Source: Ranitomeya imitator (Eukaryota). From it: a DNA stretch of 64,000 bases. The notes beneath the pieces are model-generated. The model searched no databases and was not told the origin of the DNA. It saw only the letters and a program-made list of their open reading frames with translations. The DNA lies in contig NC_091285.1 of assembly GCF_032444005.1 (NCBI RefSeq), forward strand, positions 60,512,001 through 60,576,000. Direction: 5' to 3'. The translations under genes were made by a program, and so were the position numbers. Positions 63,684-64,000 of this stretch are shown piece by piece (position 1 is the first letter of the stretch; each line of letters opens with the position of its first letter).

Positions 63684-64000
63684 TAAGGTTGGAAACCAAC
63701 ACAATACTACATAGATCAAAATACAAAAGAGTCATACATAAGCATAGGTTCAATAATGTGTGGCTTTATTACTGGGGTGCCAATGATAACAATTTAAAAG
63801 AATTTTTCTTTTAAAAACATAAATAATATATGCGCAAAAACAGGATACAATATATTGTGTATATATATAACACAAGAAATTAAATAATAAATAATAAATT
63901 TTTATATAACCACCACAATAACAGGATTTTATGAACCTTCAAGCTATACCACAGTATAAATTACAGGACAGGAAGAGATGGAAAGGATTGTAGACAAGAA
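63684..64000. other. AT-rich sequence interrupting transposase copy 3, probably another insertion
   Basis: Homology to copy 1 stops abruptly after CCTACTCCCAGA. The minus strand carries AATAAAG. Identity unknown. Confidence 0.4.

Overview
Eukaryotic, TE-saturated DNA, most likely from a frog (inferred from the element families; not provable from sequence alone). No host exon could be supported. Main contents: (i) three copies of a large Ac-type hAT transposon on the minus strand, each with a BED-finger DDE transposase (about 1190 aa when repaired) and flanked inside the element by satellite arrays, plus non-autonomous MITEs that use the same ends; (ii) a nearly complete Neptune-type Penelope-like retroelement (44981-50600) with pseudo-LTRs, a 17-bp target duplication, RT, Cys linker and GIY-YIG endonuclease; (iii) a Tc1 with nested insertions, L1 and L2 remnants, solo LTRs, a non-autonomous Helitron, and Harbinger-, Kolobok-, Tigger- and piggyBac-type MITEs. 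Most interesting signals: a correctly phased U_UUU_UUA slippery heptamer at the start of a -1 ORF1/ORF2 overlap in the Penelope-like element; two minimal hammerhead ribozyme motifs, one with a non-canonical core; a palindromic module shared by hAT-ended and Harbinger-ended MITEs; recurring bidirectional 'YY1/CCAAT + 5-prime splice donor' cassettes in unrelated MITEs; and a five-level nested insertion series at 38-64 kb. All alignments and folds were done by eye, so internal boundaries are approximate unless a TSD or TIR is quoted.
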